Shown here in pieces: positions 1-10,296 of a stretch of DNA of 47,862 nt (positions within the stretch are counted from its first letter, which is position 1; each line of letters starts with the position of its first letter). Below the pieces are notes generated by a model that saw nothing but the letters and a program-made list of their open reading frames with translations, made no database searches and had not been told where the DNA came from. The stretch is taken from the sequence record OZ346152.1; one strand, 5' to 3'. The position numbers and the translations under genes are program-made. The stretch is from a phage.

Positions 1-1569
1 ATGATCATATGGGAAGATTTGACGGCGGCGCAAAAGCGAGCCATTAAAGAAATCAGTGAGCATTCATTCGAAAAGATGATCAGAATCTGGTTCCAGTTAT
101 TGCAGGGGCAAAAATTCCAGAGCAACTGGCATTTTAGCTTATTGTGCAGTGAGGTAGAGAAGATCATCAATGGAGAGTCGCAGAATGTGATTTTCAACAT
201 TACGCCAGGTAGCGGTAAGACTGAGATTTTCTCGATCCACATGTCACCCTACGCGTCATTGAAAAGCCGGAAAGTGAGAAACCTTAACCTTTCGTTTAGT
301 GATGGCCTTGTCCAGCAAAACAGCAACCGGATAAAGGAGATTATTGGTTCTCCTGAGTGGCAAGAGCTATGGCCAGGAAAACTGGCAAAGGCGAGCGCCA
401 AAGATCTGATAGTCACCGAAGGCGGCAAGGTTAAATTGCAAGTTAACTCACGTTCTATTGGCGGCCAGGTAACAGGTTTGCGTGGTGGCTATATGGACGA
501 TGGTTTTACTGGTATGCTGGTTCTTGATGATCCAGACAAGCCGGATGATATGCTTTCTAAGGTAAAGCGTGAGGCTATCCACATGCGGTTAAAAAACACA
601 GTGCGATCGCGTCGAATGAAAGACACCACGCCGATTGTTATGGTGCAACAGCGACTACACGTTAATGATTCCACCTGGTTTATGCTTAATGGCGGGATGG
701 GTGGTATCGAGTTTAAAGTTGTGAGCATTCCGGCGCTGGTTACGGAAGAATACCGCGAGACGCTTCCTGATTGGTTGAAGCCTGAATTTGATCGTGATGT
801 GCTGTCAAGTAAGCCAGTGATGATAGATGGCGTTGCTCATTATTCATTTTGGCCTGCAAAGGAAAGCGCGGAGGAATTGCTTGCATTGCGCAATGCAGAT
901 CCTTACACGTTCGCCAGCCAATACCAACAGCAACCAATCGCGCTTGGCGGGAACGTGTTTAAAACAGAGTGGTTCCAGTATTACGGCAACGGCGAAAAAT
1001 GCGCGCTACCAAAACCGGATCGCTTTGAATACACATTTATTACTGGAGATACCGCGCAGAAGGCCGGAGAGCTTAACGACTATTCAGTTTTTTGTTATTG
1101 GGGGATGTATAAGAATCGCGTTTACTTCATTGATGGCATTCGCGGAAAGTGGGAAGCGCCGGATCTTGAATTAAATTTTATTGCCTTCGTTAACCAGTGT
1201 TGGAAGCGCAATAAAGAGTGTGGCAGCTTGCGACGTATCCACATTGAGGATAAGGCCAGCGGCACGGGCTTGATTCAGGGGGCCAAAAAGAAGATACCGA
1301 TTGATATAAATCCCGTTCAGCGAAGTAATGACAAGGTAACGCGCGCAATGGACGCCGCACCAGTGATGAGGGCCGGACGTGTGGCACTGCCAGAAAATCA
1401 CCCCATGCTGCCTGAGATACTGGCAGAGGTTGCAGCATTCACTTTTGATGATTCTCATCCCCATGATGATATTGTCGATAATATAGTTGATGCTGTTAAC
1501 GTCGAAATGAATTTGGCAGATGATCCGGTAGCAAGGATGAAAAAGTTGGCAGGTCTACGCAATAAATAG
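1..1569 (+). CDS. terL: terminase large subunit
   Basis: 522-aa ORF starting at window base 1; Walker A-like PGSGKT near the N-terminus; directly upstream of portal; TAG stop sits inside a box-motif copy. Confidence 0.8.
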   Translation: MIIWEDLTAAQKRAIKEISEHSFEKMIRIWFQLLQGQKFQSNWHFSLLCSEVEKIINGESQNVIFNITPGSGKTEIFSIHMSPYASLKSRKVRNLNLSFSDGLVQQNSNRIKEIIGSPEWQELWPGKLAKASAKDLIVTEGGKVKLQVNSRSIGGQVTGLRGGYMDDGFTGMLVLDDPDKPDDMLSKVKREAIHMRLKNTVRSRRMKDTTPIVMVQQRLHVNDSTWFMLNGGMGGIEFKVVSIPALVTEEYRETLPDWLKPEFDRDVLSSKPVMIDGVAHYSFWPAKESAEELLALRNADPYTFASQYQQQPIALGGNVFKTEWFQYYGNGEKCALPKPDRFEYTFITGDTAQKAGELNDYSVFCYWGMYKNRVYFIDGIRGKWEAPDLELNFIAFVNQCWKRNKECGSLRRIHIEDKASGTGLIQGAKKKIPIDINPVQRSNDKVTRAMDAAPVMRAGRVALPENHPMLPEILAEVAAFTFDDSHPHDDIVDNIVDAVNVEMNLADDPVARMKKLAGLRNK

Positions 1570-1585
1570 CACTAATTGCTAAAAA
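1566..1585 (+). promoter_or_regulatory. box-motif copy, variant ATAGCACTAATTGCTAAAAA; no -10 at the family spacing
   Basis: Contains the terL TAG stop; near-palindromic TAGCA..TGCTA core; TATAAT at 1590-1595 is too close for the family geometry. Confidence 0.3.
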
Positions 1586-1598
1586 GTTATATAATCAA

Positions 1599-1624
1599 GG
1601 CTGGATTTTTCCAGCCTTTTTTAT
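1599..1624 (+). terminator. rho-independent terminator
   Basis: GGCTGG-ATTTTT-CCAGCC hairpin followed by a T-run. Confidence 0.7.
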
Positions 1625-1639
1625 TATGGAGATTTGAAG

Positions 1640-2932
1640 ATGAGCGAAAAAACAAGGCTAGTTAAGGCCGATGGATACAACGAGATTTTCAAGGGTAGCA
1701 AGGGCAATGGGCGTGTGGAGTTGCCTTTCTTTATGCAAGGGTTCGAATACACCACGCACGCTGATTTTTACATTCGCGACGGCCTAGCAAAACGAATCAT
1801 CGACGTTGTTCCAGAAGAAATGGTGACGCCTGGATTTAATATTGACGGCGTGGAAGATGAGGAAAGTTTTAGATCTTTGTGGGATGAGAAGCGACTAAAC
1901 GATAAAATCATTGATGCGCTTTGCTGGTCGCGTCTTTTTGGTGGCGCGGCAATCGTGGCAATCGTTCAGGATGGCAGGTCGTTAAAGTCGCCTGTAGCGC
2001 CTGGTGCAACCCTTGAAGATGTTCGCGTTTACGATCGCTTTCAGGTTCGCGTAGAAAAGCGCGAAACTAATCCACGCAAGGTACGATATGGTGAGCCATT
2101 AATTTACACCATTGCGCCTGGTGCCGACTTGCCAGAATACCAGGTTCACTATTCGCGAATCTGTATTATCGACGGTGAGCGTCTACCAAATCAGCGACGT
2201 CAATCAAATGATGGGTGGGGTGAGTCGGTCCTGAATAAGCGACTTGTTGAGGCCATTTGTGATTATAACTACTGCGAAAACTTAGCAACTCAATTGTTGC
2301 GACGTAAGCAACAGGCAGTATGGAAAGCTAAAGGACTTGCCGATCTTTGTGATGATGATGATGGTGTTAACGCCGCGCGTTTGCGCCTTGCTCAAGTTGA
2401 TGATGAGGGTGGCGTAGGCCGTGCGATCGGTATTGATGCGGAAGATGAGGAATATGATGTTTTAAATTCTGATATTTCCGGCGTAGATTCATTCCTGGAA
2501 AAGAAGATGGATCGCATTGTATCTCTTTCCGGCATCCATGAAATCATCCTCAAAAACAAGAACGTTGGCGGTGTTAGTGCGAGCCAAAACACGGCGCTTG
2601 AAACCTTCTACAAGCTGATCGATCGAAAGAGAAAGGAGGAATACAAACCAATCCTTGAATTTCTGATCCCGTTCCTGATTCAAGAGGAAGAATGGAGTAT
2701 TCAGTTTGCGCCGTTAAGCGTTCCAAGTGAAAAGGACCAGGCCGAGATCTTGAACAAGAACATTGATTCTTTGAGCAAGGCTATTGACGGTCAATTCATG
2801 GACACAGAGGAGGCGCGCGACACATTGCGAGCCATTGCGCCTAACGTTAAACTAAAAGACGGCAATGACATTAAATTACCTGAGCAGGACGTAGAGCCGG
2901 AGCCAGGAACAACCGAGGGTGACGATCAATGA
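1640..2932 (+). CDS. portal protein
   Basis: About 430 aa, gene order after terL; ATG at 1640 with GGAG 8 nt upstream (track start 1634 is TTG). Confidence 0.7.
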   Translation: MSEKTRLVKADGYNEIFKGSKGNGRVELPFFMQGFEYTTHADFYIRDGLAKRIIDVVPEEMVTPGFNIDGVEDEESFRSLWDEKRLNDKIIDALCWSRLFGGAAIVAIVQDGRSLKSPVAPGATLEDVRVYDRFQVRVEKRETNPRKVRYGEPLIYTIAPGADLPEYQVHYSRICIIDGERLPNQRRQSNDGWGESVLNKRLVEAICDYNYCENLATQLLRRKQQAVWKAKGLADLCDDDDGVNAARLRLAQVDDEGGVGRAIGIDAEDEEYDVLNSDISGVDSFLEKKMDRIVSLSGIHEIILKNKNVGGVSASQNTALETFYKLIDRKRKEEYKPILEFLIPFLIQEEEWSIQFAPLSVPSEKDQAEILNKNIDSLSKAIDGQFMDTEEARDTLRAIAPNVKLKDGNDIKLPEQDVEPEPGTTEGDDQ

Positions 2933-3684
2933 TAGTGAAAGGCGTCGTTAAACAATGGCGCTTTCCTGAAGCAAGCGAGCGGCAATTGCGCCGCTCAATT
3001 CAGGAGGCGGTAAGGGATCTTGTTGTGCTGATGCGCAGCAAAACAAGGGAAATGAAATTTGATGCGGATACCGAAGAAATCAACGCCGCAGAGGATGAGA
3101 TTAGCAGCCTCGCGTTAAAGCTAATAGCTGGCATCGCCGCATCGCTTCCGGCTGTCGGCCTTGCTGTGTATAAATTCAACTCAAAGCAATTTATTAACGT
3201 AGCGAAATCAACGGGAGGTAAGTCAAATTCCGCCGTTATCATCCTTATGGCTATTGGGGCCAATGCGAATGAGAGTTGGTATAGGACGCTATACGGTCAA
3301 TGGCATGACATGACGATCGCATCTCTTCAAAAACTATTTGGAAACATCGTGTCTGACTGGTCAACCAATATCAGATCGGCAAACTTTCGCGGAATGAGAG
3401 ATAGTCAGGTCAATGAATTGGCTGGTAAGAGATTTGCGGTGTATAGCTCTTGGGGTAAGACCAGGGCGGAAAACATCATAGGCGCTTGGAATAGTAGACT
3501 CATGCGCCAGCGTCTTTATGATGCAAAAGTAACTCATTATTTTTGGCATGGTATGCTTGATGACAGAGAGCGATTGCAGCATGTACAATGGGAAGGTAAG
3601 CGCATTGCGCTAGATTCTGAACATGATTTTCCTGGTGAGCCTTTCGGTTGTCGTTGTTGGGCTATACCAGATTGGAATAGTTAA
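2929..3684 (+). CDS. head morphogenesis protein (putative, Mu F / SPP1 gp7-like)
   Basis: 251 aa directly after portal; ATGA overlap with portal stop. Confidence 0.45.
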   Translation: MIVKGVVKQWRFPEASERQLRRSIQEAVRDLVVLMRSKTREMKFDADTEEINAAEDEISSLALKLIAGIAASLPAVGLAVYKFNSKQFINVAKSTGGKSNSAVIILMAIGANANESWYRTLYGQWHDMTIASLQKLFGNIVSDWSTNIRSANFRGMRDSQVNELAGKRFAVYSSWGKTRAENIIGAWNSRLMRQRLYDAKVTHYFWHGMLDDRERLQHVQWEGKRIALDSEHDFPGEPFGCRCWAIPDWNS

Positions 3685-3694
3685 GAGGTATTAA

Positions 3695-4810
3695 ATGAAA
3701 GCAAAACAAAGATTTGATAGCGCCAAAGTAAAGGCGCACTTTGATGATAACGGGTTTTTAGTTGATCGCCCTATCGTGGCGCGAATTGGTTTACAAGTCT
3801 ATCAGACTCCTTTCGGTGAGCGCCGAGAATTTCGTCCGGCGTCCGAAGTATTCAAGGCCGACTCGCTCGCCACCTTCGCAGGGAAGCCAGTCACGGTTGG
3901 TCACGTCACGGTAACGCCAGAAAACGCCGAAAAGGTTGTGGTTGGTTCTTGTGCTGGCGCTGGTGTTCCTAACGGGATCGGCGTAGAGGTTCCGTTAAGC
4001 ATTTACTCAAAACGAGCAATCGAAAGCGCGAAGAAGCGAGACACGGCGGAAATTTCAGTTGGTTATACATCGGTTGATATTGATAAACCAGGCTGGGGCA
4101 ATAATAAAACTGGTGAGTACGTTTTCGATGAGGACGTTAGCGAAGACTGGAAACCTGATTCTCCTGATTGGGTTAAGTTTGATGCAATCCAGACTGAAAT
4201 CAAGGTAAACCACATCGCGTTAGTTTTCCGAGGTCGAGCTGGCATTGCAAAATTAAACCTTGATAGCCAGCAAGATTTTCCGTATAGTGACGACGTTATT
4301 AACAACAAAGAGGATCAAATCATGACTGTAAAAATTAAACTGGATGGCGCTGTAGAGTTTGACGTGCCGAAAGCAGTTGCGGATCACATTGAATCACTGA
4401 AAGCTGATGCCAAAGCGCAGAAAGAAAAGGCGGACGGCCTGGAAGCTGAGCGAGACGCACTGCAAACCAAAGTAGATGGCATTCAGGATCAGATTGATGC
4501 CGCAGTCAAGAAAGCCAAAGAAGATGCCGCGCAACATGCTCAATTAGTAGCGGACGCTAAAGAGTTAGGCATCAAGTGCGACGGCCTGGATGCGAAAGCA
4601 ATCAAGGTTGCATACATCAAAGAAGTTATGGGAAATGACGTTTCCGATAAAACTGATGCCTATATCGAAACAGCTTTCGACATTGCCAAAAACTCTGATA
4701 AAATGGCGGCGCAGCGTAAGAGCATTAAAGGTGACTCTTTCGCGAATGAAAAGCAGGATGACGCAGGTTCTAAGCTGAATCCTAACGCTCGTTTTGAGAA
4801 ACTGAAATAA
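3695..4810 (+). CDS. putative scaffolding protein (possibly with prohead-protease-like N-terminal part)
   Basis: 371 aa; charged coiled-coil-like C-terminal half (KADAKAQKEKADGLEAERDALQTKVDG...); position before capsid genes. Confidence 0.4.
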   Translation: MKAKQRFDSAKVKAHFDDNGFLVDRPIVARIGLQVYQTPFGERREFRPASEVFKADSLATFAGKPVTVGHVTVTPENAEKVVVGSCAGAGVPNGIGVEVPLSIYSKRAIESAKKRDTAEISVGYTSVDIDKPGWGNNKTGEYVFDEDVSEDWKPDSPDWVKFDAIQTEIKVNHIALVFRGRAGIAKLNLDSQQDFPYSDDVINNKEDQIMTVKIKLDGAVEFDVPKAVADHIESLKADAKAQKEKADGLEAERDALQTKVDGIQDQIDAAVKKAKEDAAQHAQLVADAKELGIKCDGLDAKAIKVAYIKEVMGNDVSDKTDAYIETAFDIAKNSDKMAAQRKSIKGDSFANEKQDDAGSKLNPNARFEKLK

Positions 4811-4822
4811 GGAGTAATTAAA

Positions 4823-5332
4823 ATGGCTAAAATTGGAGCAAGTTATTTTGACACTATGGCGCGCGCTCTTCCTGGTCAGGTATCCGATACTTCGGCATAT
4901 AACATCGACGGCGCTTGTGTTCTTGACAAGGATGATGGAATCGCTATCCCCGTTGGCGTGGCGGTAAAATTAAAAGGCGTAGATTCTATGGGTAACAAAC
5001 TTATCGACGCCATCACTTCAAGCGGTGACGTTCCTTATGGCGTGGCTATCCGATCGCACTTCCAGACAACCGGAGAAAACGGTCGTATGGTTTATGAAGT
5101 TGGTGGAGGCATCAACGTCATGACAGAGGGTAGAGTTTGGATGGTCGTAGATGATTCCGATAAGGAAAAGACTCCACAATATCGCGAGCCTGTGAAAATT
5201 GATGATTCCACAGGATTTGTTAAAAGTTCTGGAGCAATTACAACGAACTGGATCTTTACTGGCGATAAAACAACTTACGGTTCTGGTCAGGATGTGATTA
5301 CATTGTTTGAAGTTCAGGTCTTCCCAAGCTAA
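4823..5332 (+). CDS. virion structural protein, paralog A (possible head decoration)
   Basis: 169 aa; strong AAGGAG RBS; shares NIDG..V, RS, VW and WIFTGD segments with the 5383 ORF. Confidence 0.35.
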   Translation: MAKIGASYFDTMARALPGQVSDTSAYNIDGACVLDKDDGIAIPVGVAVKLKGVDSMGNKLIDAITSSGDVPYGVAIRSHFQTTGENGRMVYEVGGGINVMTEGRVWMVVDDSDKEKTPQYREPVKIDDSTGFVKSSGAITTNWIFTGDKTTYGSGQDVITLFEVQVFPS

Positions 5333-5338
5333 AATCAA

Positions 5339-5362
5339 GGCGCTCGCTTGAGCGCCTTTTTT
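5339..5362 (+). terminator. rho-independent terminator
   Basis: GGCGCTC-GCTT-GAGCGCC hairpin plus TTTTTT. Confidence 0.7.
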
Positions 5363-5382
5363 ATTATGTAAGGAGAAATAAA

Positions 5383-6165
5383 ATGGCTAAAGATTATTCA
5401 TCTGTTATGGGTCTTTCTTGCCCTGGTTGTTTGGTTGATTCTACTCGCTACAATATTGATGGTACTGGCGTTTGTGGTTCTGAATCGATCATTGCTGGTA
5501 AGGTTGTTTTCTTTAAGGAGAGAATCGGCGGTTACAACATATTTGTTGACCACAAAGAGGAGGACGCTGTGGTTGCGGGTGTTGCGCTAAGGAGCAACAT
5601 AACAACGACAGTTAACGAGGAAGACGGGTATTCCGACTACAAGGAAGGAGACTCCATCAACATTTTGACAAGAGGTGTTGTATGGTGTGTAACTCAAACA
5701 ATTGAATCTCCCCCTGAGCATGGGGATCTTGTTTATGTTAACAATGATGGTTTTGTAGCAAAGAGTGATGGCGATGAAATCGTCGATGGCTGGATTTTTA
5801 CTGGTGACTTCTACAAGTTTGATGAAACAATAAACATAGTAGGAGTAAGGATAACGCCGCTTCATCATAGAAAATACCTTCTTACTGGTGCGATTATTGA
5901 GGCTGAAAATGGATACATAGAGGGCACAGAGACGATCAATAACGTTCAATTAAAGGTAACGGTTGTTCCGACTTGGGCTGATGACAAAACGGGTCAGTGG
6001 ACAATTACAAATCCACAAGATCCAAAGGTTGCCAGTGTTAGCCGCACAGGTCTTGTTGTTCCTACTGGTGTAGGAGGCAGAGTTAATGTCAACTGGACTG
6101 CTAATGATGGTTCTGGAGTTGCTGACCAGTTTGATATTGTATTTAAGAAAACCGCTGGCGCATAA
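5383..6165 (+). CDS. virion structural protein, paralog B
   Basis: 260 aa; AAGGAG RBS; paralogous to the 4823 ORF; Gly/Thr/Val-rich beta-strand-like C-terminus. Confidence 0.35.
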   Translation: MAKDYSSVMGLSCPGCLVDSTRYNIDGTGVCGSESIIAGKVVFFKERIGGYNIFVDHKEEDAVVAGVALRSNITTTVNEEDGYSDYKEGDSINILTRGVVWCVTQTIESPPEHGDLVYVNNDGFVAKSDGDEIVDGWIFTGDFYKFDETINIVGVRITPLHHRKYLLTGAIIEAENGYIEGTETINNVQLKVTVVPTWADDKTGQWTITNPQDPKVASVSRTGLVVPTGVGGRVNVNWTANDGSGVADQFDIVFKKTAGA

Positions 6166-6190
6166 CTGATAGCATAAAAAAACATTGCAC

Positions 6191-6209
6191 GTTTAACAAA
6201 AAGTGCTAT
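6191..6209 (+). promoter_or_regulatory. box-motif copy in reverse orientation (GTTTAACAAAAAGTGCTAT), orphan
   Basis: Lies between the 5383 ORF and the capsid terminator/RBS; no matching -10 on either strand. Confidence 0.3.
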
Positions 6210-6215
6210 CATCTA

Positions 6216-6241
6216 GGCCGTTACATTTAACGGCCTTTTTT
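6216..6241 (+). terminator. rho-independent terminator
   Basis: GGCCGTT-acattt-AACGGCC hairpin plus TTTTTT. Confidence 0.75.
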
Positions 6242-6255
6242 ATGGAGGAAGCAAA

Positions 6256-7227
6256 ATGGCTAAAAAATATGATGAACTAGATGCTACGATTGTAGCGAAT
6301 CATTTGCAGATTCAGGGTGTTAAGTCCGACGCTTCTGATATGGGTATTTGGACCGCTCAAGAGCTACACAAGATCCGCTCTACCGCATACGAGAAAGAGT
6401 ATCCGGCAGGTTCCGCGCTTCGCGTATTCCCTGTAACAAACGAGCTTTCTGATACTGATAAGACTTTCGAGTATCAGACTTTTGATAAGGTTGGCTACGC
6501 GAAAATTATCGCCGACTACACCGATGATCTGCCGACCGTGGACGCGCTGATGACTTCTGAGTTTGGCAAAGTGTTCCGCCTGGGTAACGCTTATCTGATC
6601 TCCATTGATGAGATTAAAGCAGGTCAGCGAACTGGCAAGAGCCTGTCAACTCGCAAGGCTAACGCTGCGCAAAATGCACATGATCAGTTGATTAACTTCC
6701 TGGTGTTCAAAGGTTCCAAGCCTCATAAAATCGTTTCCGTTTTCAATCACCCTAACCTTACGAAAATTGTTTCTAAAGGGTGGATGAGCCAGGACGGCAA
6801 CACCAAGTTCCCGGAAGTGGCAAGCGATGAACTGGAGGCTGCAATCGAAACGATCGAGGAAGTAACCAAAGGTCAGCACCGCGCGACTAACATCCTGATC
6901 CCGCCGTCCATGCGTAAAGTCCTGACGGTTCGAATGGAAAATACCACTGAAAGTTATCTTGAATACTTCCAGAAGCAAAACGGCGGTATCACTATCGACT
7001 CTATCGCAGAGCTTGAGGATATTGACGGCAAAGGTACGAAAGGTTGCTTGGTTTACGAAAAAGATCCAATGAACATGAGCATTGAGATTCCAGAAGCGTT
7101 TAACATGCTTCCGGCGCAGCCAAAAGACCTACATTTCAAGGTTCCTTGCACTTCCAAGTGTACTGGCCTTACGATTTATCGTCCGTTTACGATGGTGCTT
7201 ATTACTGGCTTGAAAAAAGCTGGGTAA
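6256..7227 (+). CDS. major capsid protein (putative)
   Basis: 323 aa; GGAGG RBS; flanked by strong terminators, i.e. an abundant monocistronic unit; head-module position. Confidence 0.55.
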   Translation: MAKKYDELDATIVANHLQIQGVKSDASDMGIWTAQELHKIRSTAYEKEYPAGSALRVFPVTNELSDTDKTFEYQTFDKVGYAKIIADYTDDLPTVDALMTSEFGKVFRLGNAYLISIDEIKAGQRTGKSLSTRKANAAQNAHDQLINFLVFKGSKPHKIVSVFNHPNLTKIVSKGWMSQDGNTKFPEVASDELEAAIETIEEVTKGQHRATNILIPPSMRKVLTVRMENTTESYLEYFQKQNGGITIDSIAELEDIDGKGTKGCLVYEKDPMNMSIEIPEAFNMLPAQPKDLHFKVPCTSKCTGLTIYRPFTMVLITGLKKAG

Positions 7228-7238
7228 TTAGATAACAT

Positions 7239-7269
7239 GGGGAGCCTTAAGGGTTCCCCCTTTTTTTTA
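7239..7269 (+). terminator. rho-independent terminator
   Basis: GGGGAGCC-TTAA-GGGTTCCCC hairpin followed by a 9-nt T-run. Confidence 0.7.
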
Positions 7270-7286
7270 TTTATGGAGTACACAAA

Positions 7287-7553
7287 ATGAGCAAAACTTT
7301 AAAACTTAAAGTAACTGGCGTTTGCATGATTATTATGGACGGTAAGCGTTATCATCCTGGCGATGAAATTGAAATTGAATCCGATCGCATTAATGATTCC
7401 GCAGTTGAATACCTGATCGCTCGCGGTGATGTGGAAGTTAAAGACAATTCCGAAATTAACGAGCAAATCAAGGCGAAAGCGGAGAAGAAGCGCAAAAAAG
7501 ATCCTACCGAGGGTAAGAGCCGCAAAGAGCTAGAGGATGGCGGCGAATATTAA
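7287..7553 (+). CDS. hypothetical protein, Lys-rich C-terminus
   Basis: 88 aa; ATG with GGAG RBS. Confidence 0.4.
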   Translation: MSKTLKLKVTGVCMIIMDGKRYHPGDEIEIESDRINDSAVEYLIARGDVEVKDNSEINEQIKAKAEKKRKKDPTEGKSRKELEDGGEY

Positions 7554-7557
7554 TAAT

Positions 7558-7582
7558 TGGGGCGCTTATGCGCCCTTTGTCA
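7558..7582 (+). terminator. hairpin with weak T-tract (attenuator-like)
   Basis: GGGCGC-TTAT-GCGCCC then TTTGT; the same hairpin-plus-GGAGAAAACAAAATG cassette recurs at 22966-23006. Confidence 0.35.
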
Positions 7583-7599
7583 CATCTGGAGAAAACAAA

Positions 7600-8019
7600 A
7601 TGGTAGATGAATTTTACACAGACGCTGAAATCATGCAGCAAATCGTAAAGTTAGCCCCACCAATGCAACAAGTTGATCCCGATTTAATTGTGGCATGGAT
7701 TGAGCTTGCTAAAGAGTTTGTTTGCAAAAAACGGTTTAAAAACTCATACCCGAAAGCGGTTGCGCTTTACACTCTTCACCTTATGACCTTAGACGGGGCA
7801 ATGAAACAGGAAGGTGAAAGCGTAGAAAGCTACTCCCGCCGCGTTGCCTCGTTCACTCTGACTGGTGAGTTTAGTCAGACGTTTGATCGAATTTCTTCCG
7901 ATACAAGCGGAAAGCAGATCCGACAAACGCCGTGGGGCAAAATGTACGAAGTGTTAAACCGTAAGCACGGTGGCGGCTTTGGCCTTGTGACTGGATTGCG
8001 CCGGAGATGCTGCCGATGA
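7600..8019 (+). CDS. head-tail connector / head completion protein (putative)
   Basis: ATG at 7600 with GGAGA 8 nt upstream (track start 7537 has no usable spacing); module position. Confidence 0.35.
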   Translation: MVDEFYTDAEIMQQIVKLAPPMQQVDPDLIVAWIELAKEFVCKKRFKNSYPKAVALYTLHLMTLDGAMKQEGESVESYSRRVASFTLTGEFSQTFDRISSDTSGKQIRQTPWGKMYEVLNRKHGGGFGLVTGLRRRCCR

Positions 8020-8387
8020 ACTACAATGAGATTGCAAGAATGGCTACGGCTGGGATTAACTTTTTCAGCGATGCTAACGGTATGTTTAAGTGCATCACGC
8101 AGCAGGGAGGGGTTGAGATTATCGGCGGAGAGGAAGTTACCAAGCCGGAGATTTCAGTGATGATAAAGGGGCTTGTTAGATCTCCGAGGACTAGAGAGGT
8201 TGACGGTGAAACAATCCGAGTAACCGACAAGTTGGGGATATTCACCAATGAAACTGAGATCAAAAATGGTTATCAGATTGAAGTTGATGGCGAACGTTAT
8301 GTTGTCGTTGAAGCAAGACCAGTCAGGCAGACTAACATCACGGCGGCTTATCGTCCAATATTAAGGAGGATTGCTGTGCATGGCTGA
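8016..8387 (+). CDS. head-tail joining protein (putative)
   Basis: ATGA-overlapped start at 8016; module position. Confidence 0.3.
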   Translation: MNYNEIARMATAGINFFSDANGMFKCITQQGGVEIIGGEEVTKPEISVMIKGLVRSPRTREVDGETIRVTDKLGIFTNETEIKNGYQIEVDGERYVVVEARPVRQTNITAAYRPILRRIAVHG

Positions 8388-8823
8388 TAATTATAAGATC
8401 AGGGAATTTCACGGTGATATAAGCAGGTGGATTGATTCAGTAAGCAGCGGCCTTGTTGATTGCGTTGAAATGTTCGCGACAAACGTCCACGAGGATCTTG
8501 TAAATCGCTCGCCAGTTGATACGGGCCGATATAAAGCCAACTGGCAGATAACAGCAAACAAGCCGCCGCTATATGCGCTCAACCAATACGATCGCGATGG
8601 TGGTAAAACCATTGCAGAAGGTAAGCGAGCAATATATGCAATCATGCGTGGCGGTGGCGCGGTGCGGTCAATCTATTTTTCAAACATGCTCATTTACGCC
8701 AACGCGCTTGAATACGGGCATTCAAAACAAGCGCCGTCCGGCGTACTTGGAATCGTGGCGGTAAAGCTGCGATCTTATATGGCTAAGGCAATAAAGGATT
8801 CGAGGGCAAAAAATGCACTATGA
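8380..8823 (+). CDS. neck / tail completion protein (putative)
   Basis: ATG at 8380 with AAGGAGGA 9 nt upstream (track start 8371 is TTG). Confidence 0.3.
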   Translation: MADNYKIREFHGDISRWIDSVSSGLVDCVEMFATNVHEDLVNRSPVDTGRYKANWQITANKPPLYALNQYDRDGGKTIAEGKRAIYAIMRGGGAVRSIYFSNMLIYANALEYGHSKQAPSGVLGIVAVKLRSYMAKAIKDSRAKNAL

Positions 8824-9214
8824 TTTAATGTTGGCGGCAAGAAAGGCGCTGGCGGCTGAATATGAATCACGATTTAAGATAGCCTATGAAAACGTTGATT
8901 TTGTGCCGCCTGGAGATGGTTCTATGTGGTTAAAATTTAACTACATGGAAGTAGACACGGATCGCATATCTCTTGATAGAAAATGTGTTTCTTATATCGG
9001 TTTGGTTCAGGTTGGGATTGTCATTCCTCCTGGCGGTGGCACTGATAAAGCGCGTTTGCTGGCTAAAGAGATTGCGAGATTTTTCTATGATGGTAGAATG
9101 TTTGAAACTGGCTATATTAGCGAGGGGGCAAACGTCCACGCATTACTAAAAAGTGAAACAGGTTGGTTCTTGCCGATCCGTTTCAGTGTTAGGCTTGACA
9201 CAAAGGAGGAATAA
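8813..9214 (+). CDS. tail completion protein (putative)
   Basis: 133 aa; translationally coupled to the upstream gene. Confidence 0.3.
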   Translation: MHYDLMLAARKALAAEYESRFKIAYENVDFVPPGDGSMWLKFNYMEVDTDRISLDRKCVSYIGLVQVGIVIPPGGGTDKARLLAKEIARFFYDGRMFETGYISEGANVHALLKSETGWFLPIRFSVRLDTKEE

Positions 9215-9216
9215 TC

Positions 9217-9879
9217 ATGCACTTGCCTAATGGTTCTCAAATTTTCATCGGCGTTAATATGGGTGAGCCAATTAGCGCGACTCAAATCAGCAATGCTGAT
9301 AATCCTGTTTTTACAACCAAAAACACTCAAAGCATCAAAAAAGGCGCTTATGTTCTTATTGAAACATCTTCTTGGGGCAAACTTGTTAGTCGAGTGCTTC
9401 GAGTTAAGGAAGTATCAGATAATGTAAGTGTTACTCTTGAGGGTGTTAGCACTAAAGATACAAACGTATTTCCAGAAGGACAGAACACAGCAACTTTCCG
9501 AGAAGTGAAATCTTGGGTAGAGGTTCCTTGCGTGCAGGATCTTGCGCAGGACGGCGGCGAGCAACAGTATTACACTTATCAGTGTTTGGCTGATGACCAA
9601 GAGCAGCAGTTGCCGACCTACAAGAGCGCCGTTTCTCTCACCTATACTTTCGCGCATGAGTATGATAATCCGATTTATCCGATCTTGCGCGAGGCTGAGG
9701 AATCCGGCGACGTTACCGCCTTGCGTATGTACGTGCCGAAAGCTAAAGAGATGCGTTGCTGGGCTGGCGTGTTGTCTTTTAATGACATTCCGCAAACCAC
9801 CATGAACGAAATTGAAACTGTTTCCCTTTCCGTATCTCTGAAAGGTCGATTCACGTTCTTACCTTCTGACGTTAAGTAA
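9217..9879 (+). CDS. major tail protein (putative)
   Basis: 220 aa; AAGGAGGA RBS; followed by a terminator and then the chaperone / tape-measure genes. Confidence 0.5.
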   Translation: MHLPNGSQIFIGVNMGEPISATQISNADNPVFTTKNTQSIKKGAYVLIETSSWGKLVSRVLRVKEVSDNVSVTLEGVSTKDTNVFPEGQNTATFREVKSWVEVPCVQDLAQDGGEQQYYTYQCLADDQEQQLPTYKSAVSLTYTFAHEYDNPIYPILREAEESGDVTALRMYVPKAKEMRCWAGVLSFNDIPQTTMNEIETVSLSVSLKGRFTFLPSDVK

Positions 9880-9884
9880 AACAA

Positions 9885-9905
9885 GGGGCGTTGCGCCCCT
9901 TTTTT
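9885..9905 (+). terminator. rho-independent terminator
   Basis: GGGGCG-TT-GCGCCCC hairpin plus TTTTTT. Confidence 0.75.
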
Positions 9906-9944
9906 CATTCCTGTAAAATCAATCTATCAAATAAATTAATTCCA

Positions 9945-9964
9945 CTTTTAACAAAAAGTGCTAT
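9945..9964 (+). promoter_or_regulatory. box-motif copy in reverse orientation (CTTTTAACAAAAAGTGCTAT) abutting the SD of the tail chaperone gene
   Basis: Perfect box core; on the minus strand N18 then TAGATT would point leftward into the terminator. Confidence 0.3.
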
Positions 9965-9978
9965 AAGGAGATCTTGAG

Positions 9979-10296
9979 ATGGCAAAGATGAAACTAACGT
10001 TAGGCCCACTGCCTGATTTTAAGCTGCCTGTTTCTTTCGTGCTTCCAAATGGTGATGAGCAAGTTATTGTTTTTACCGTGCGCCACAAGAAGGCAAGCGA
10101 GATTCACGAACGATACACGGCAGAAAAGCCGATGAGTGACGTAGAAATGATCACTTTCCTTGCTTCCGGTTGGGATCTGGAAGATGAATTTAACGAGGAA
10201 AACGTTGCTAAATTGCTGGATTATTACCCTTCTGCTTCATTATCGCTGACTGGTCATTATATGAAAGCACTTGCGGGGCAGCGGGTAAAAAACTAA
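9979..10296 (+). CDS. tail assembly chaperone (gpG-like)
   Basis: 105 aa immediately upstream of the tape measure; ends just after an A_AAA_AAC slippery heptamer. Confidence 0.6.
   Translation: MAKMKLTLGPLPDFKLPVSFVLPNGDEQVIVFTVRHKKASEIHERYTAEKPMSDVEMITFLASGWDLEDEFNEENVAKLLDYYPSASLSLTGHYMKALAGQRVKN
10287..10293 (+). other. -1 programmed ribosomal frameshift slippery heptamer A_AAA_AAC
   Basis: Heptamer sits 1 codon before the chaperone stop; the -1 frame is open from here to 10613. Confidence 0.55.
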